A DNA stretch of 64,000 bases from Candidatus Heimdallarchaeota archaeon (GCA_030603365.1 JAUVXV010000011.1:1-64000); one strand, 5' to 3'; numbered from the stretch's first letter, positions 50,426 through 61,001 are shown. Notes: generated by a model not told the origin, from the sequence alone. Translations and numbers: made by a program.

Positions 50426-50656
50426 ATGAAAAGGAAATCAGTTTTTTCTTATTTATTTATAATTTGCTTGTTATTTTCCTTTCAACTGGTTCAAAAAACA
50501 TCCTCTAGCACAGACAATTTACCAGCAGAAGAGACTACTTACTATTATCTAGCAAGCTTACTAGCATTGTTAGTATTTGGAGGTATTGTCTATATTTGGA
50601 GGATGAAAAGAAGAAAGAGAGTTAGAGAACTCTTAGACGATTACTTCCCCAAATGA
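50426..50656 (+). CDS. Mini-protein consisting of a signal peptide plus a C-terminal anchor
   Basis: C-terminus parallels the upstream protein (PxEExT..ASLLALL..YFP). Confidence 0.7.
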   Translation: MKRKSVFSYLFIICLLFSFQLVQKTSSSTDNLPAEETTYYYLASLLALLVFGGIVYIWRMKRRKRVRELLDDYFPK

Positions 50657-50736
50657 AGAATCAAAAATGCAATTTGGATAAAAGAAGAGCACTATTTTTC
50701 CTTCTACAATTTCTTTTATTATATCAAAGGATAAAA

Positions 50737-51036
50737 TTACCTACAATCTGGACCACAACACATCCAGAAGAATAATATCCCAAATAATGCATCCCAGAAA
50801 CCTCGATCACTTCTATGAGGTCTGTCATCATAATACTCGTCAGAACGGCGCTGTTGATATTGGGGTTGTTGTGCTGTTGGTCCACTCTGAGCAGTTGCTT
50901 GATATCTAACTGGTAATTGTTTATTCTTGTATTTGAGGATAACTTCTTCTAAATCTGTGCCACAATGTTCACAATAACGACCTGAAGCTTTATGATTAGC
51001 TCCACAGTTTGGGCAAAAAACGCTATCTTCAATCAT
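50737..51036 (-). CDS. Zinc-ribbon protein with a Q/P-rich linker and a hydrophobic Cys tail
   Basis: CPNC..CEHC, LPVRYQ, GFWDALFGILFFWMCCGPDCR. Confidence 0.78.
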   Translation of the reverse strand: MIEDSVFCPNCGANHKASGRYCEHCGTDLEEVILKYKNKQLPVRYQATAQSGPTAQQPQYQQRRSDEYYDDRPHRSDRGFWDALFGILFFWMCCGPDCR

Positions 51037-51097
51037 ACAAGGAAACTATGTTCTTTCATGTATATAAAGATAAAGAAATAAAAAGAGGAGAAGGAGA

Positions 51098-51485
51098 TTA
51101 TTTTCTCTTTCTTAGAATTGGTAAAGCAACAAATAAGAATACAACAGAAGCCAGAATTAGCCATAGATTGAGAGTATTCATTGATAGCTCGGGAATGATG
51201 ATATAAGGTCCTAATAGAGGATAGAGATCATAATTGTCAACGGGAGTTCCAGGAATTGTATAATTTCCAGTACCGATGTAATCTTTCCAGTAATTCCCTC
51301 CCAGAGTTACATTGTTATACCATAGATTCTCAAAATTTTCATTGTGACCTTCATCAAATGCTTGGTAACCTGAGCTTTCACCATTGTCGGTGAAATTGTT
51401 CCAGTATATCTTACAATCATAACAATTATCTAGATAGATACCTCCTTGCGAGTTATTATAGAAGTTATTTTTTCTTATGTTTTAC
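51098..51485 (-). pseudogene. 3' fragment of a NosD-like surface protein with an IPEL-TM-basic anchor
   Basis: Open frame with no start codon: NNFYNN..QAFDEG..GNYWKDY..DLYPL..IIPEL..LRKRK*. Confidence 0.8.
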
Positions 51486-51593
51486 TATATATCTGATATT
51501 TTCTTAAAAAAGTATCTCAAAAACTTACATACTAAAAAAATGTGTTATTAGAGAAGACTTACAAAGAAAAGAGAAATTTTACTATAGAGAAGT

Positions 51594-52241
51594 ATGTCCT
51601 TACTAGATGAATTTAGACAGCTTTCAGAAGAAATGGCTTACATACCACTATATTTGAAAGAAGTTACCCAAGAAGCTATTCTTGAACAGCCCCTTTTCTT
51701 TCATCTGAGTAAATACCCTTTGTTACAATGCATTGATGTTTACAAATTCCTTTATCAGGGTAGTTGTGGTTGGGCACATCTATCTAGTTTAGGAGATGAA
51801 AAACAAATCAAAGATTATTTAGTTAAAGAACTTACTGAAGCAGAGAAACAACTTGAGATTGACGAGATTTTTGAATTACTAGATAATAAAACCAGGTTAG
51901 GGAGAGTTAATCTTAGATCTTGGAAAGAGCATGTAGGAATGGATAGTGAATTACTTCTGAATTTGATGATGAAAGCACAACAAAATACACCAGGAACTCC
52001 TGAATTATTTATTGAAAGGTGGGAAGAGTTTAAAGAATGGCTACAACAAGGGTTGATAACTTATCCAGCAGGTGCTAAGAAATCCATGAATCGTTGGCTA
52101 GATCTTATTTTTGAAATAGCTCATGAAACAGTATTATCTTCTGATCTACCTTTGGTATCACATTCACCTATGTTCAAGAAATCCTATAATCCAACTTATA
52201 GAATCATTAGAGAGGAAGATATCTTCCAAGAAAAAAAATGA
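51594..52241 (+). CDS. Hypothetical protein
   Basis: DVYKFLYQG..HL and VSHS..YNPTYRII motifs look conserved. Confidence 0.65.
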   Translation: MSLLDEFRQLSEEMAYIPLYLKEVTQEAILEQPLFFHLSKYPLLQCIDVYKFLYQGSCGWAHLSSLGDEKQIKDYLVKELTEAEKQLEIDEIFELLDNKTRLGRVNLRSWKEHVGMDSELLLNLMMKAQQNTPGTPELFIERWEEFKEWLQQGLITYPAGAKKSMNRWLDLIFEIAHETVLSSDLPLVSHSPMFKKSYNPTYRIIREEDIFQEKK

Positions 52242-52245
52242 AGGC

Positions 52246-53019
52246 TTAGAAAAGATAAGGTACAATAGCCTTTCTCTTTTCAGGATAATCTTCAAATGTT
52301 TCTTTATACCAGTTATGATGAGATTTTGCTCTAGGTACTAAATTTGCAATTGTCCAAAACACAAACAGTAAACCTGCCCAATTCCAAACCATTAATCCCC
52401 AACCTATCCAGATTAAAATTTCACCAAAATAATTTGGACTCGAAATAAATTTATACAATCCTCCAAAAGGTATTTTGTATCCTTTTTCTCCAGGTTTTCT
52501 CAAATCTCTTAAGACTATATCTGCGTGACGATTAATAATGTACCCTACTATGAAAATTATAACTCCAATAATAAATCTTGGATCTGTCAACCAAGAAGAA
52601 GTATATTCTGATTCAGCAGCGAAATGAAAAATCCAACGTGCTTGAAGGTAAGTGTTGGAAGTCTGAAAAAGCATCCCGAAGAAAATTATCAGTAAAGGCA
52701 TTCTTTTATTTGTTCTAAGGAAAAATGGAAAAATCAAATCTCTTTGAACATAATGAAGTAACCAGAGAACAAGTAAAACAATTGGAACTAAATCCTTTCT
52801 TTCACTCATAGCAAAGATCACTGCAAAGATAATTACTGCAGGGATTTCCATGATTATCCAACCCAACTTTGAACTGATAGATGGACCCCATCCTTTGCGA
52901 ATGTGACGCCCGTACGGAGCACTAATAAAGAATAATAATATAAACATAGCAAGAGCAACTACCGCGGAAGCGATAAGCAAACCCCTATAGATAACAATCT
53001 CTTCCATTACAGAGAGCAT
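52246..53019 (-). CDS. Steroid 5-alpha-reductase family (3-oxo-5-alpha-steroid 4-dehydrogenase-like)
   Basis: APYGRH, WIIME, HY, YKIPFGGL, PNYFGE, HNWY motifs. Confidence 0.92.
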   Translation of the reverse strand: MLSVMEEIVIYRGLLIASAVVALAMFILLFFISAPYGRHIRKGWGPSISSKLGWIIMEIPAVIIFAVIFAMSERKDLVPIVLLVLWLLHYVQRDLIFPFFLRTNKRMPLLIIFFGMLFQTSNTYLQARWIFHFAAESEYTSSWLTDPRFIIGVIIFIVGYIINRHADIVLRDLRKPGEKGYKIPFGGLYKFISSPNYFGEILIWIGWGLMVWNWAGLLFVFWTIANLVPRAKSHHNWYKETFEDYPEKRKAIVPYLF

Positions 53020-53115
53020 TATCTAGCTTTTTTTAAAATGTTTCCCACTATGCGGGTGAGAAATAACTTTAAAATATGTCTAGAAAGTAAAGAAGCAAAA
53101 GGAAGGATATTACAA

Positions 53116-54339
53116 ATGTCTTCTAGAATTGTAGAAAAAGATAAGACAAGACTCTTTTGGAATGTTCAGTTCATTTATGAGCTTGTTCTTGCAAAAAAAG
53201 AGTTAGAAGCATTTGCGATAAAATATGAGGTTGATAGCAATTTCAGAGGTATAGAAATTCTAGAAATTCCAAGTGAAAAGAATTTCAGTAATAGAACATC
53301 TTATTTTGAAAAAATAAATGGATTACCAACACTTTATTCTAAAATAACTAAAGCAAACATCACTCGTTCTATAAACCAATATCTTACTCATTGGTTTTAT
53401 CCTTACAAAGGAAAATACCACCCCCAGATGATCAGAGCTCTAATCAATATAATGAAGATTAATCCAGGTGAAATAATACTTGACCCATTCATAGGAAGTG
53501 GAACTACAGCATTGGAAGCACAGTTATTAGGTATTGGTTGCATTGGTGTAGACATCTCAGAGGTATGTTTTAGAGTTTCTAAAGCAAAAACTGAAACAGT
53601 AAAGCATACAATTGAGATTGAAAAAGAATTTGAAATAATCTTGCAAAAACTAAGAAATATAGATGAGAATAATAATGAAAAAGTAATTCCTCAAATTCAG
53701 CAATTAATCAGTGATATAACTAATGAAAGTGTTCAGAATTTTTTTCAAGTTGCAGATCTAATTGCCCATAGTGATAAGGCAAGAAGAAAGAAGAAAAATT
53801 TCCTAGAATCGTTTATTAAAAATTCTGAAAAAATGCTCACTTCAGTAAAAGATTATAGTCGAGTTATTCAAGAAAATAATCTGACTCTTGGTGAGGTAAA
53901 TATTCATCTAGGAAATGCAAAGAATCTACAGATAGAATCAGAAACAATCGATGGTATTCTATGCTCACCACCATATTCAATAGCATTAAATTATGTTGAA
54001 AATGATAAGCATGCACTTGAAGCTCTAGGATATAATACTACTGAGATAAAAGAGGATTTCATTGGAGTTAAAGGCTCCGGAAACAAGAAGATTGACTTGT
54101 ATAATAGAGATTTGATACAATCATATTTAGAAATGGATAGAGTACTAAAACCTGGCAAATATTGTTCAATAGTTATTGGAAATGCTAGAGTTAACAAAGA
54201 GGAAGTTCCTACTGTAGAAACAACCATTAATTTCTTCCTGGATAAAGGATATACATTGGAAATGAATGTTGATAAAATAATATTTGGATTGTATAATGTC
54301 ATGCAAAAAGAAAATATACTAATTTTCAAAAAGCCTTAA
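53116..54339 (+). CDS. Orphan site-specific DNA amino-methyltransferase (probably N4-C)
   Basis: LDPFIGSGTT (motif I) precedes SPPY (motif IV). Confidence 0.85.
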   Translation: MSSRIVEKDKTRLFWNVQFIYELVLAKKELEAFAIKYEVDSNFRGIEILEIPSEKNFSNRTSYFEKINGLPTLYSKITKANITRSINQYLTHWFYPYKGKYHPQMIRALINIMKINPGEIILDPFIGSGTTALEAQLLGIGCIGVDISEVCFRVSKAKTETVKHTIEIEKEFEIILQKLRNIDENNNEKVIPQIQQLISDITNESVQNFFQVADLIAHSDKARRKKKNFLESFIKNSEKMLTSVKDYSRVIQENNLTLGEVNIHLGNAKNLQIESETIDGILCSPPYSIALNYVENDKHALEALGYNTTEIKEDFIGVKGSGNKKIDLYNRDLIQSYLEMDRVLKPGKYCSIVIGNARVNKEEVPTVETTINFFLDKGYTLEMNVDKIIFGLYNVMQKENILIFKKP

Positions 54340-54344
54340 TCTCT

Positions 54345-55436
54345 TCACTTCTTTATTTTTGAGAAAGTATCAACTATAAGTTTTGAAATGTCTTCAGGCA
54401 AAATTCCTGGGAGATCAATGTTATTAGAGATAAAGAAATCTGACAATTTTTCTGAAATAATAGTTTCATCTATCTGTGTATTCATCAAAATTTTCTGCAT
54501 TTCTTCTAGAATGAATGGTGGAGAAAGCGAGAAATCACCAGAGATAACGATATCTACAATCTTTCCACTATCAAAATGAATGAAGAGTTGCATCAATCCT
54601 CCAAGAAATTTCTTTTCAGAAAAGACGAAATAAGTATCTCCTTTGATTTTCTGTTGGAATAAATCTGTTTTATCCTTATCTACATAATAAAGCCAATCTT
54701 TCTGTTGATATAGATCTTTAATATCTGCTAGTTTTTCTTCTTCAATGTTTGAAAGAGATCCTTCAATCAATTTTACATCTAATTCTTTCTGGAAGTTTTG
54801 AATGTATTTTTCAACTACTTCTTCTTTTGTAGGAATTTCAGCTAGAAGAATTTTGAAACTTCCCATTCTTTCTTCCAAAGATTTAGCAATTTTATCTCTG
54901 AATTTCTCATCAGGGACCTTAAGGATTTTAGACATTTCTACTGAAGGAAAATCAAAAATGAAATTGCCAACTAATACTCTAGAATTACCGTAGGAAACGG
55001 CACCATTTCCACTAATTTTTCGTCCTTTTGCAACAATATCATTGATTGGTGAGTATTCTGCAGAGATATTAAATTCTTTATAGGTTTGAATCACAGGTGT
55101 AAGAAAATACTCGTAAAATTCTCTCAGTTTTTGATTATAGTCTTTCTTATTGCAGATTATTTGATAAAAAAGTTGATTGCTATCAAGATATACAGATCCT
55201 CCACCAGTTCCTCTCCTGACAATTGGGAGTTTTTGTTCTTGAATATAATCCAATTCAACAGATTGCTCCAATACTTGATGTAATCCAACACAAACTAATG
55301 GTCGATCTGGCCATGTTAGAACTAAAGTATTTGGAGTTTGGGATCCATTTTGGACTAAAGCTAGCGCATGATAAATTGCTTGCGTATCTAACCAGTTCTG
55401 CTCCCCTATATTCAATAAGCGCCATTCTTTTTCCAT
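54345..55436 (-). CDS. Lipoate-protein ligase A family
   Basis: RRGTGGGSVY, NDI, KISGNG motifs; C-terminal ISGDF. Confidence 0.9.
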   Translation of the reverse strand: MEKEWRLLNIGEQNWLDTQAIYHALALVQNGSQTPNTLVLTWPDRPLVCVGLHQVLEQSVELDYIQEQKLPIVRRGTGGGSVYLDSNQLFYQIICNKKDYNQKLREFYEYFLTPVIQTYKEFNISAEYSPINDIVAKGRKISGNGAVSYGNSRVLVGNFIFDFPSVEMSKILKVPDEKFRDKIAKSLEERMGSFKILLAEIPTKEEVVEKYIQNFQKELDVKLIEGSLSNIEEEKLADIKDLYQQKDWLYYVDKDKTDLFQQKIKGDTYFVFSEKKFLGGLMQLFIHFDSGKIVDIVISGDFSLSPPFILEEMQKILMNTQIDETIISEKLSDFFISNNIDLPGILPEDISKLIVDTFSKIKK

Positions 55437-55462
55437 GATTATCCCCCAAAAAAGATGAGTGT

Positions 55463-56158
55463 TTAAACTACTGACCACTCAATCTCATCTGTTATAAAGA
55501 ATACCACTTCACCAAAGTCACTGAAGCATATCAATCTAGAAAACTGAGTTGTCTTTTGAACCCCATCAACTTCAATATTAGCATAGAAATTTACAGATAT
55601 TTCATATTCAATTGTCCATGATGAATATATTGTTTCAATAGTATCGTTAATACTAGGATATGGATAGGTAGGCTGACTTACATGAGATGAATTCCATTCA
55701 TCAAAACCCCACATCCAAGAAAAGAAACTGCCGTTAGAGGTACCAAATAGATTAGCATAGGAATCCTTGGCTCCTGCTGCACTTAATGGTGCTGTACTAA
55801 TTGTCATTTCCAATTCAAAGACATGAACTTCCTTACTCAATCCTTCATAATCAGATAGAGAAACATTTTCCATGAATTTAGCTTCATCTATCATCAGTTG
55901 TGTTATGTTATTTAGATGAGATAATTGTGGTAATCCAGTGATTTGATCCCAGTAATCTAAACTACTCCCATTAATCAAGGCCGTATTATCCATTACAAGG
56001 GCACTTTGAGAATCACCATCAATAGTATTGATAATTATTGAACTGTTGAATTCATCAATCCCAGCAGGAGCAGTTGTAACAGAGATGAGAATAATTGGCA
56101 ATCCAAGTAAACAAAAACCAAAAATAATCAGAAATATATTGAATATACTATTTGCCAT
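55463..56158 (-). CDS. Membrane-anchored hypothetical protein
   Basis: N-terminal TM, acidic ectodomain. Confidence 0.65.
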   Translation of the reverse strand: MANSIFNIFLIIFGFCLLGLPIILISVTTAPAGIDEFNSSIIINTIDGDSQSALVMDNTALINGSSLDYWDQITGLPQLSHLNNITQLMIDEAKFMENVSLSDYEGLSKEVHVFELEMTISTAPLSAAGAKDSYANLFGTSNGSFFSWMWGFDEWNSSHVSQPTYPYPSINDTIETIYSSWTIEYEISVNFYANIEVDGVQKTTQFSRLICFSDFGEVVFFITDEIEWSVV

Positions 56159-56216
56159 GTCTGTGAAATAGTAAGAATATTATTTATAGGTTTTGAATTA
56201 AAAATAGAGGGAAGAG

Positions 56217-57545
56217 TTATTTCTTACCCTTAAATTTCTTCGAATATAATAGGTGTGATGGATAAACTACAGCAAAAAGACCCACTGTACCAATTACGAA
56301 GTAAGAACCAAGATTTGCAAAGAAAGTGTATTCTCCTAAGAAATTATTAGTCCAAACATCACCATCTGTTGAAAAAGCAAAAGCTACACTAGGCCAACCT
56401 CCTCCACCGAATCTACCCCCTCTTCCTACTACAAAAGTGAGGAAAAGTCTTTCTTCATAAATAGAGAGAGATGGGTCTTTACGATAGTAACCGTCAAAAT
56501 TATCTTGGTTTTTAATTATAATATGAGATTTAATAGTACTTGAAATAACTTGTAATCCACTAATAATTCCTGGTTCTACTTGAAATGACTTACCCCACAA
56601 GAATGTCTCTTTCTTGAGAATACCTTGAGCAACATCATATGCATCAGTAAGATTATCTTGAGCTACCATGAAAAATTGTTCTTTCCAGTAGATAACTGTG
56701 GGTTTTGTTAAATTCAGTTCATCATTTGGAGGATCAAAAGTAACAATATTACTCTCAACTTCATAGGTATCATCCAGATTGTCAAAAGATACGGTATGAG
56801 TAATCACATTCCTTAGAAGTTCAAGATCAAATTCTTCTTCCCGAAGAGTATGAATTAGTAAGAAATCACCATCGTGATAATATAATTCGAAATCTTCTCC
56901 ATAACCAGGAGAGAAGTAAACCGAATCAGTAATTTCCAGTGTATCAGGATCTATCTCTAGTATTTCATTACCACTATCGGTGGAATTGACATCAAAAATT
57001 GCATTGTTGAAACCATATGCTAAAATCAGTTTAGTATCATCATGAGTCACAAAAAAGCTGTAAAAGCTAAACCCTTCGTTATCATAAGGAACTGATGTGT
57101 TGTATAACAAGAATAACCCTCCCCAAGTAACACCATTATCTATAGATGTTCTGATAAAGAAAGTCATATTATTAGTGGTTTGGTCCTGTGTTACGAGGAA
57201 TAAGTAAGCTTTTTCATTAAAATAAACTAAACCTGTCTGGTTGGTGTAATAGTTAGTTGAGTTAATAGTGAAAGATTCATCTTGAATAACAGTATCATTA
57301 ATTTCTTCTATTTGAAATTCTGTTGGAAGTCTCCTCATGGTTCGAGATCTAACTGTTTGTTCAACTGATTCTTCATTAGCAATTCGATCTTGGACAAAGA
57401 CCATAATATATTCACCGTTACTACCTTCAACTGTTGAAGGACCATAATCTGCATAAGTTGTTATTGCATAGGTATAATTGGGAATTGAAGTAAGTACTAT
57501 TGAAAATACAAAAATAAAAATTATCCATTTTTTCTTAAATTGCAT
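56217..57545 (-). CDS. Secreted Asp-box (BNR) protein with a C-terminal TM
   Basis: SIDNGVTW and STDGDVW Asp-boxes; signal peptide; TM plus basic tail. Confidence 0.7.
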   Translation of the reverse strand: MQFKKKWIIFIFVFSIVLTSIPNYTYAITTYADYGPSTVEGSNGEYIMVFVQDRIANEESVEQTVRSRTMRRLPTEFQIEEINDTVIQDESFTINSTNYYTNQTGLVYFNEKAYLFLVTQDQTTNNMTFFIRTSIDNGVTWGGLFLLYNTSVPYDNEGFSFYSFFVTHDDTKLILAYGFNNAIFDVNSTDSGNEILEIDPDTLEITDSVYFSPGYGEDFELYYHDGDFLLIHTLREEEFDLELLRNVITHTVSFDNLDDTYEVESNIVTFDPPNDELNLTKPTVIYWKEQFFMVAQDNLTDAYDVAQGILKKETFLWGKSFQVEPGIISGLQVISSTIKSHIIIKNQDNFDGYYRKDPSLSIYEERLFLTFVVGRGGRFGGGGWPSVAFAFSTDGDVWTNNFLGEYTFFANLGSYFVIGTVGLFAVVYPSHLLYSKKFKGKK

Positions 57546-57640
57546 TTAGGAAACTCCTATTATTTTTCTTCTTGAAAAACTTGGTTGAGATATATATAAA
57601 TGTTGCCAAGAGAGAATGAAATTCATAGCTCTTCCACACC

Positions 57641-58156
57641 TTATTCTAGTTCTAGCGAACTTCTGATATTTCTTAATTCCTGCATAGTTTTACCTTTCGA
57701 ATCTTTTTCTGTTGTAGAAATATCCAAGAGGAGAAGAAAATCATTATGTTTGAAAGCTATTAGTTCAAAAATCCCTCTCATACCTTCTTTAACATTATTC
57801 CATGTACCAGATATGAATTGGTTTTCTTTATCTTTGAAATCCATAATATAGTATTCGTTTACTTTCATTATATCTCCGATATAGTATTTATGCACTAAAC
57901 GAGAACGTAAATCAGTAAGATACTCTAATGTTAGGGATTTTTCAGTATAAGGCTGCCAATAAATAAAAAACAACCTGTTCGGTTTTAATCTAATAAATGG
58001 AAGAAATGTAGTATAATCTAGACCAGGAAGTAAATGAGCAAAGTAACCAGATGGAAAGCTAAGAGAACCTATAAATTCTATGTGGGCTTTTTTCTGTTTA
58101 TTAGCTAAATCTAGAGAGATACTTATCATCATAACACTAAATGTTGAAACACTCAT
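57641..58156 (-). CDS. Hypothetical protein
   Basis: 171-aa ORF co-oriented with its neighbours. Confidence 0.55.
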   Translation of the reverse strand: MSVSTFSVMMISISLDLANKQKKAHIEFIGSLSFPSGYFAHLLPGLDYTTFLPFIRLKPNRLFFIYWQPYTEKSLTLEYLTDLRSRLVHKYYIGDIMKVNEYYIMDFKDKENQFISGTWNNVKEGMRGIFELIAFKHNDFLLLLDISTTEKDSKGKTMQELRNIRSSLELE

Positions 58157-58226
58157 ATAGCTTATGTTAAATCATTCTATTTATTGATTTAAAACTTGAA
58201 AAGATTAATAAGTGCTCAATTTTTGA

Positions 58227-60581
58227 CTAGTTTCTTAGTGTTATTTTCTTCTCTTTTTTTATGAAGGGATTTTTGTATCTTTTTAACAAAAGGGAATTAG
58301 TTACAACTGAGACTGAAGACAATGCCATGGCTAAACCTGCTATTTCAGCTGGCAACAAGACACCTAATGGGATCAGAATACCAGCAGCAATGGGTATTCC
58401 AAGAGTATTATAGATTAGTGCCCAGAATAACCCCATCTTTACTCTTCTAATAGTTTTCTTGCTTAGATCAATTGCGGTTGCAACATCTCGTAAATCATCC
58501 TTAACAAGAACTATATCACCTGTTTCGATTGCTACATCAGTTCCAGAACCTATAGCAACACCTACATCAGCTTTAGCTAATGCAGGAGCGTCGTTAACAC
58601 CGTCTCCAACAAACAAAACCTTAGAGTTCTCTTTTTGATATTTATTAACAACTTCAACTTTTTGTTCTGGTAAAACTTCTGCATGTATCTCATCTATTCC
58701 TACTTGTTGTGCAATGGATCTTGCTGCTCTTTCATTATCCCCACTTACCATCACTACTTTGATATCCATTTCTTTTAATGTATCGACAGCTTGTTTTGAT
58801 GTGGGTTTGATTGTATCTGCAATTGCAATAATTCCGATGACATCTTTATTCTCAACAATCAACATCACAGTCTTACCTTGTTCCTCTAGTTGAACCATTT
58901 CATTCTCAATTTTATCCGAGATATCTATGTCACCTAATTGAGCTATTTTTCGACTTCCAACGAAATAGTTCTTTCCGCTTAAGGAAGCTTCAATACCCTT
59001 TCCTGGATGAGCTTTGAAATCATGTATATCAAGAAAATCGACTTTTTCCTCTTGCGCTTTCATAACAATAGCTTTTGCAATAGAGTGCTCTGAACCTTTT
59101 TCTAAGGAAGCTGAAATTTGAAGAAGATAATTATTTGTTAGCTCATTCTTTTGTGAAATTATATCTGTAACCTTAGGTGAACCTTGTGTAATTGTACCTG
59201 TCTTATCTAGCAGAACCACATCAGTTTTTCTTGCAATTTCAAGTGCATCACCGCTTCTAATTAGAATACCATTTGATGCTCCTAATCCAGTTCCAACCAT
59301 TATAGCTGTTGGTGTTGCTAATCCAAGAGCACAAGGACAGGAGATTACTATTACAGTAATAGAAATCAAGAAAGCAAAGAGAAATGTAGATGAAATTCCT
59401 GTAGCTATGTTGTTAGGTAAAGCTGAAAGTTGAATTACATTTGTTTCTAATAGTGAATACCAAATAGCAAAGGTAATCAATGATATTAAAATGACTGCAG
59501 GAACAAACCATGCTGAAATTCGATCTGCTAATTTTTGAATAGGTATTTTGGAAGTCTGAGCATCATCAACCATAGTAATTATTTGATTAAGAGTTGTGTC
59601 TGCCCCTATTCTTGTTGTTTGCATTTTTAGAAAGCCATTTTCATTAATGGTTCCACCTATAAGCATGTCACTTTCTTCTTTGAATACTGATACACTTTCT
59701 CCAGTAATCATACTTTCATTAACATATGATTGTCCTTCCTTAATCACACCATCGACTGGAACACTATCTCCTGGTTTAATGAGACAGATATCGTTTATTT
59801 CAACATCATCAATAGGAATCTCAATCTCCTCCCCATCTCTTTCAACTAGTGCAGTATCAGGACGTAATTCTATGAGTTTTTTAATTGCTTCAGAGGTTCT
59901 TCCTTTCGCAATTTCTTCAAGATATTTTCCTAAAAATATGAAGGTGAGTAGTATTGCAGAGGTTTCAAAGAAAACAGCTACTGGATATGCAGGAGCCACA
60001 TAACTATAAATGATTGAAAACAAACTATAGAAATAAGCTGCACTTGTTCCTAGAACAACTAAAACATCCATTGAGGTACTTTTGTTTATCAAACTCTTCC
60101 AAGCAGCTTTGTAAAAAGTAAATCCTATGATGAATTGTATAGGTGTAGTCAGAACTAATTGTAAGAAATTTGATAATAACATCCCGCTGAAAATCTCTTG
60201 AGACATTAACCAACTAGCAAAGTTTGGGAACCAGTTATTGAATGGAAACATGTGTCCCATTGCAAAAATAAATACTGGGATAGTTAGAACTAAACTAGCA
60301 AAAAATCGATTCCTCATATCAATGAGTTGCTTATTCTGCATGAATGCAAGTTGATCAACTTCAAAAGATGCTTTATATCCAGCTTTTTCAACAGCTTTAA
60401 GAATTTCTTTTTCTTTGACTAAAGAAGGATCATAGATCAGTTTAGCATTATGGCTAATTAGATTAACAGAAGCTGAATCTACTCCTTCAACAGAATTTAT
60501 AGCTTTCTCTACTCTACCTACACAAGTTGCACAATGCATACCTTCAATAGATATGGTTTTTTTTTCCGTACCTTCATTCAT
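58227..60581 (-). CDS. copA: Cu(I)-translocating P1B-type ATPase
   Basis: GMHCATC, TGES, CPCALGLATP, DKTGT, GDGVND, YN and MALSS motifs. Confidence 0.95.
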   Translation of the reverse strand: MNEGTEKKTISIEGMHCATCVGRVEKAINSVEGVDSASVNLISHNAKLIYDPSLVKEKEILKAVEKAGYKASFEVDQLAFMQNKQLIDMRNRFFASLVLTIPVFIFAMGHMFPFNNWFPNFASWLMSQEIFSGMLLSNFLQLVLTTPIQFIIGFTFYKAAWKSLINKSTSMDVLVVLGTSAAYFYSLFSIIYSYVAPAYPVAVFFETSAILLTFIFLGKYLEEIAKGRTSEAIKKLIELRPDTALVERDGEEIEIPIDDVEINDICLIKPGDSVPVDGVIKEGQSYVNESMITGESVSVFKEESDMLIGGTINENGFLKMQTTRIGADTTLNQIITMVDDAQTSKIPIQKLADRISAWFVPAVILISLITFAIWYSLLETNVIQLSALPNNIATGISSTFLFAFLISITVIVISCPCALGLATPTAIMVGTGLGASNGILIRSGDALEIARKTDVVLLDKTGTITQGSPKVTDIISQKNELTNNYLLQISASLEKGSEHSIAKAIVMKAQEEKVDFLDIHDFKAHPGKGIEASLSGKNYFVGSRKIAQLGDIDISDKIENEMVQLEEQGKTVMLIVENKDVIGIIAIADTIKPTSKQAVDTLKEMDIKVVMVSGDNERAARSIAQQVGIDEIHAEVLPEQKVEVVNKYQKENSKVLFVGDGVNDAPALAKADVGVAIGSGTDVAIETGDIVLVKDDLRDVATAIDLSKKTIRRVKMGLFWALIYNTLGIPIAAGILIPLGVLLPAEIAGLAMALSSVSVVTNSLLLKRYKNPFIKKEKKITLRN

Positions 60582-60641
60582 TACTTGTATCCTTCTTTAC
60601 ACTTTGTTTTAAATCATTTTAACTGTATAATAAGTACAAAA

Positions 60642-60854
60642 CTATGCTACAGATGCTTTGTATCCAGCTTCTTCAATAGCTTTAATCAATTTTTCATCAC
60701 TGGTTTTTCCAGCTTTGAATTGAACTAATGCTGAGTTTGTTTCAAGATTAACTTCTACTTCCTTGACACCACTTACTTTTTTTAGAGCATTAGCAACTGT
60801 CATTTGACAATGACCACAAGTCATTCCTTCAACATTAAGAGTAATTTTTTCCAT
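60642..60854 (-). CDS. copZ: Copper chaperone (HMA domain)
   Basis: GMTCGHC..AIEEAGY. Confidence 0.9.
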   Translation of the reverse strand: MEKITLNVEGMTCGHCQMTVANALKKVSGVKEVEVNLETNSALVQFKAGKTSDEKLIKAIEEAGYKASVA

Positions 60855-61001
60855 AATAACCAAATAAAGATTGTCAAATTATATATTTAATAACTATCGT
60901 TGGACAAAAATCTACAGTAAATCGTAAACCAAATATAAACATGGATGAAATTAAGTAAAAAGCATCTTTTTCAAGAAATAGATGAAACAGATTGATTTGT
61001 A

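Noticed and set aside
51009-51206. 65-aa plus-strand ORF
   Set aside because: Overlaps the minus-strand NosD remnant and the zinc-ribbon start; a shadow ORF.
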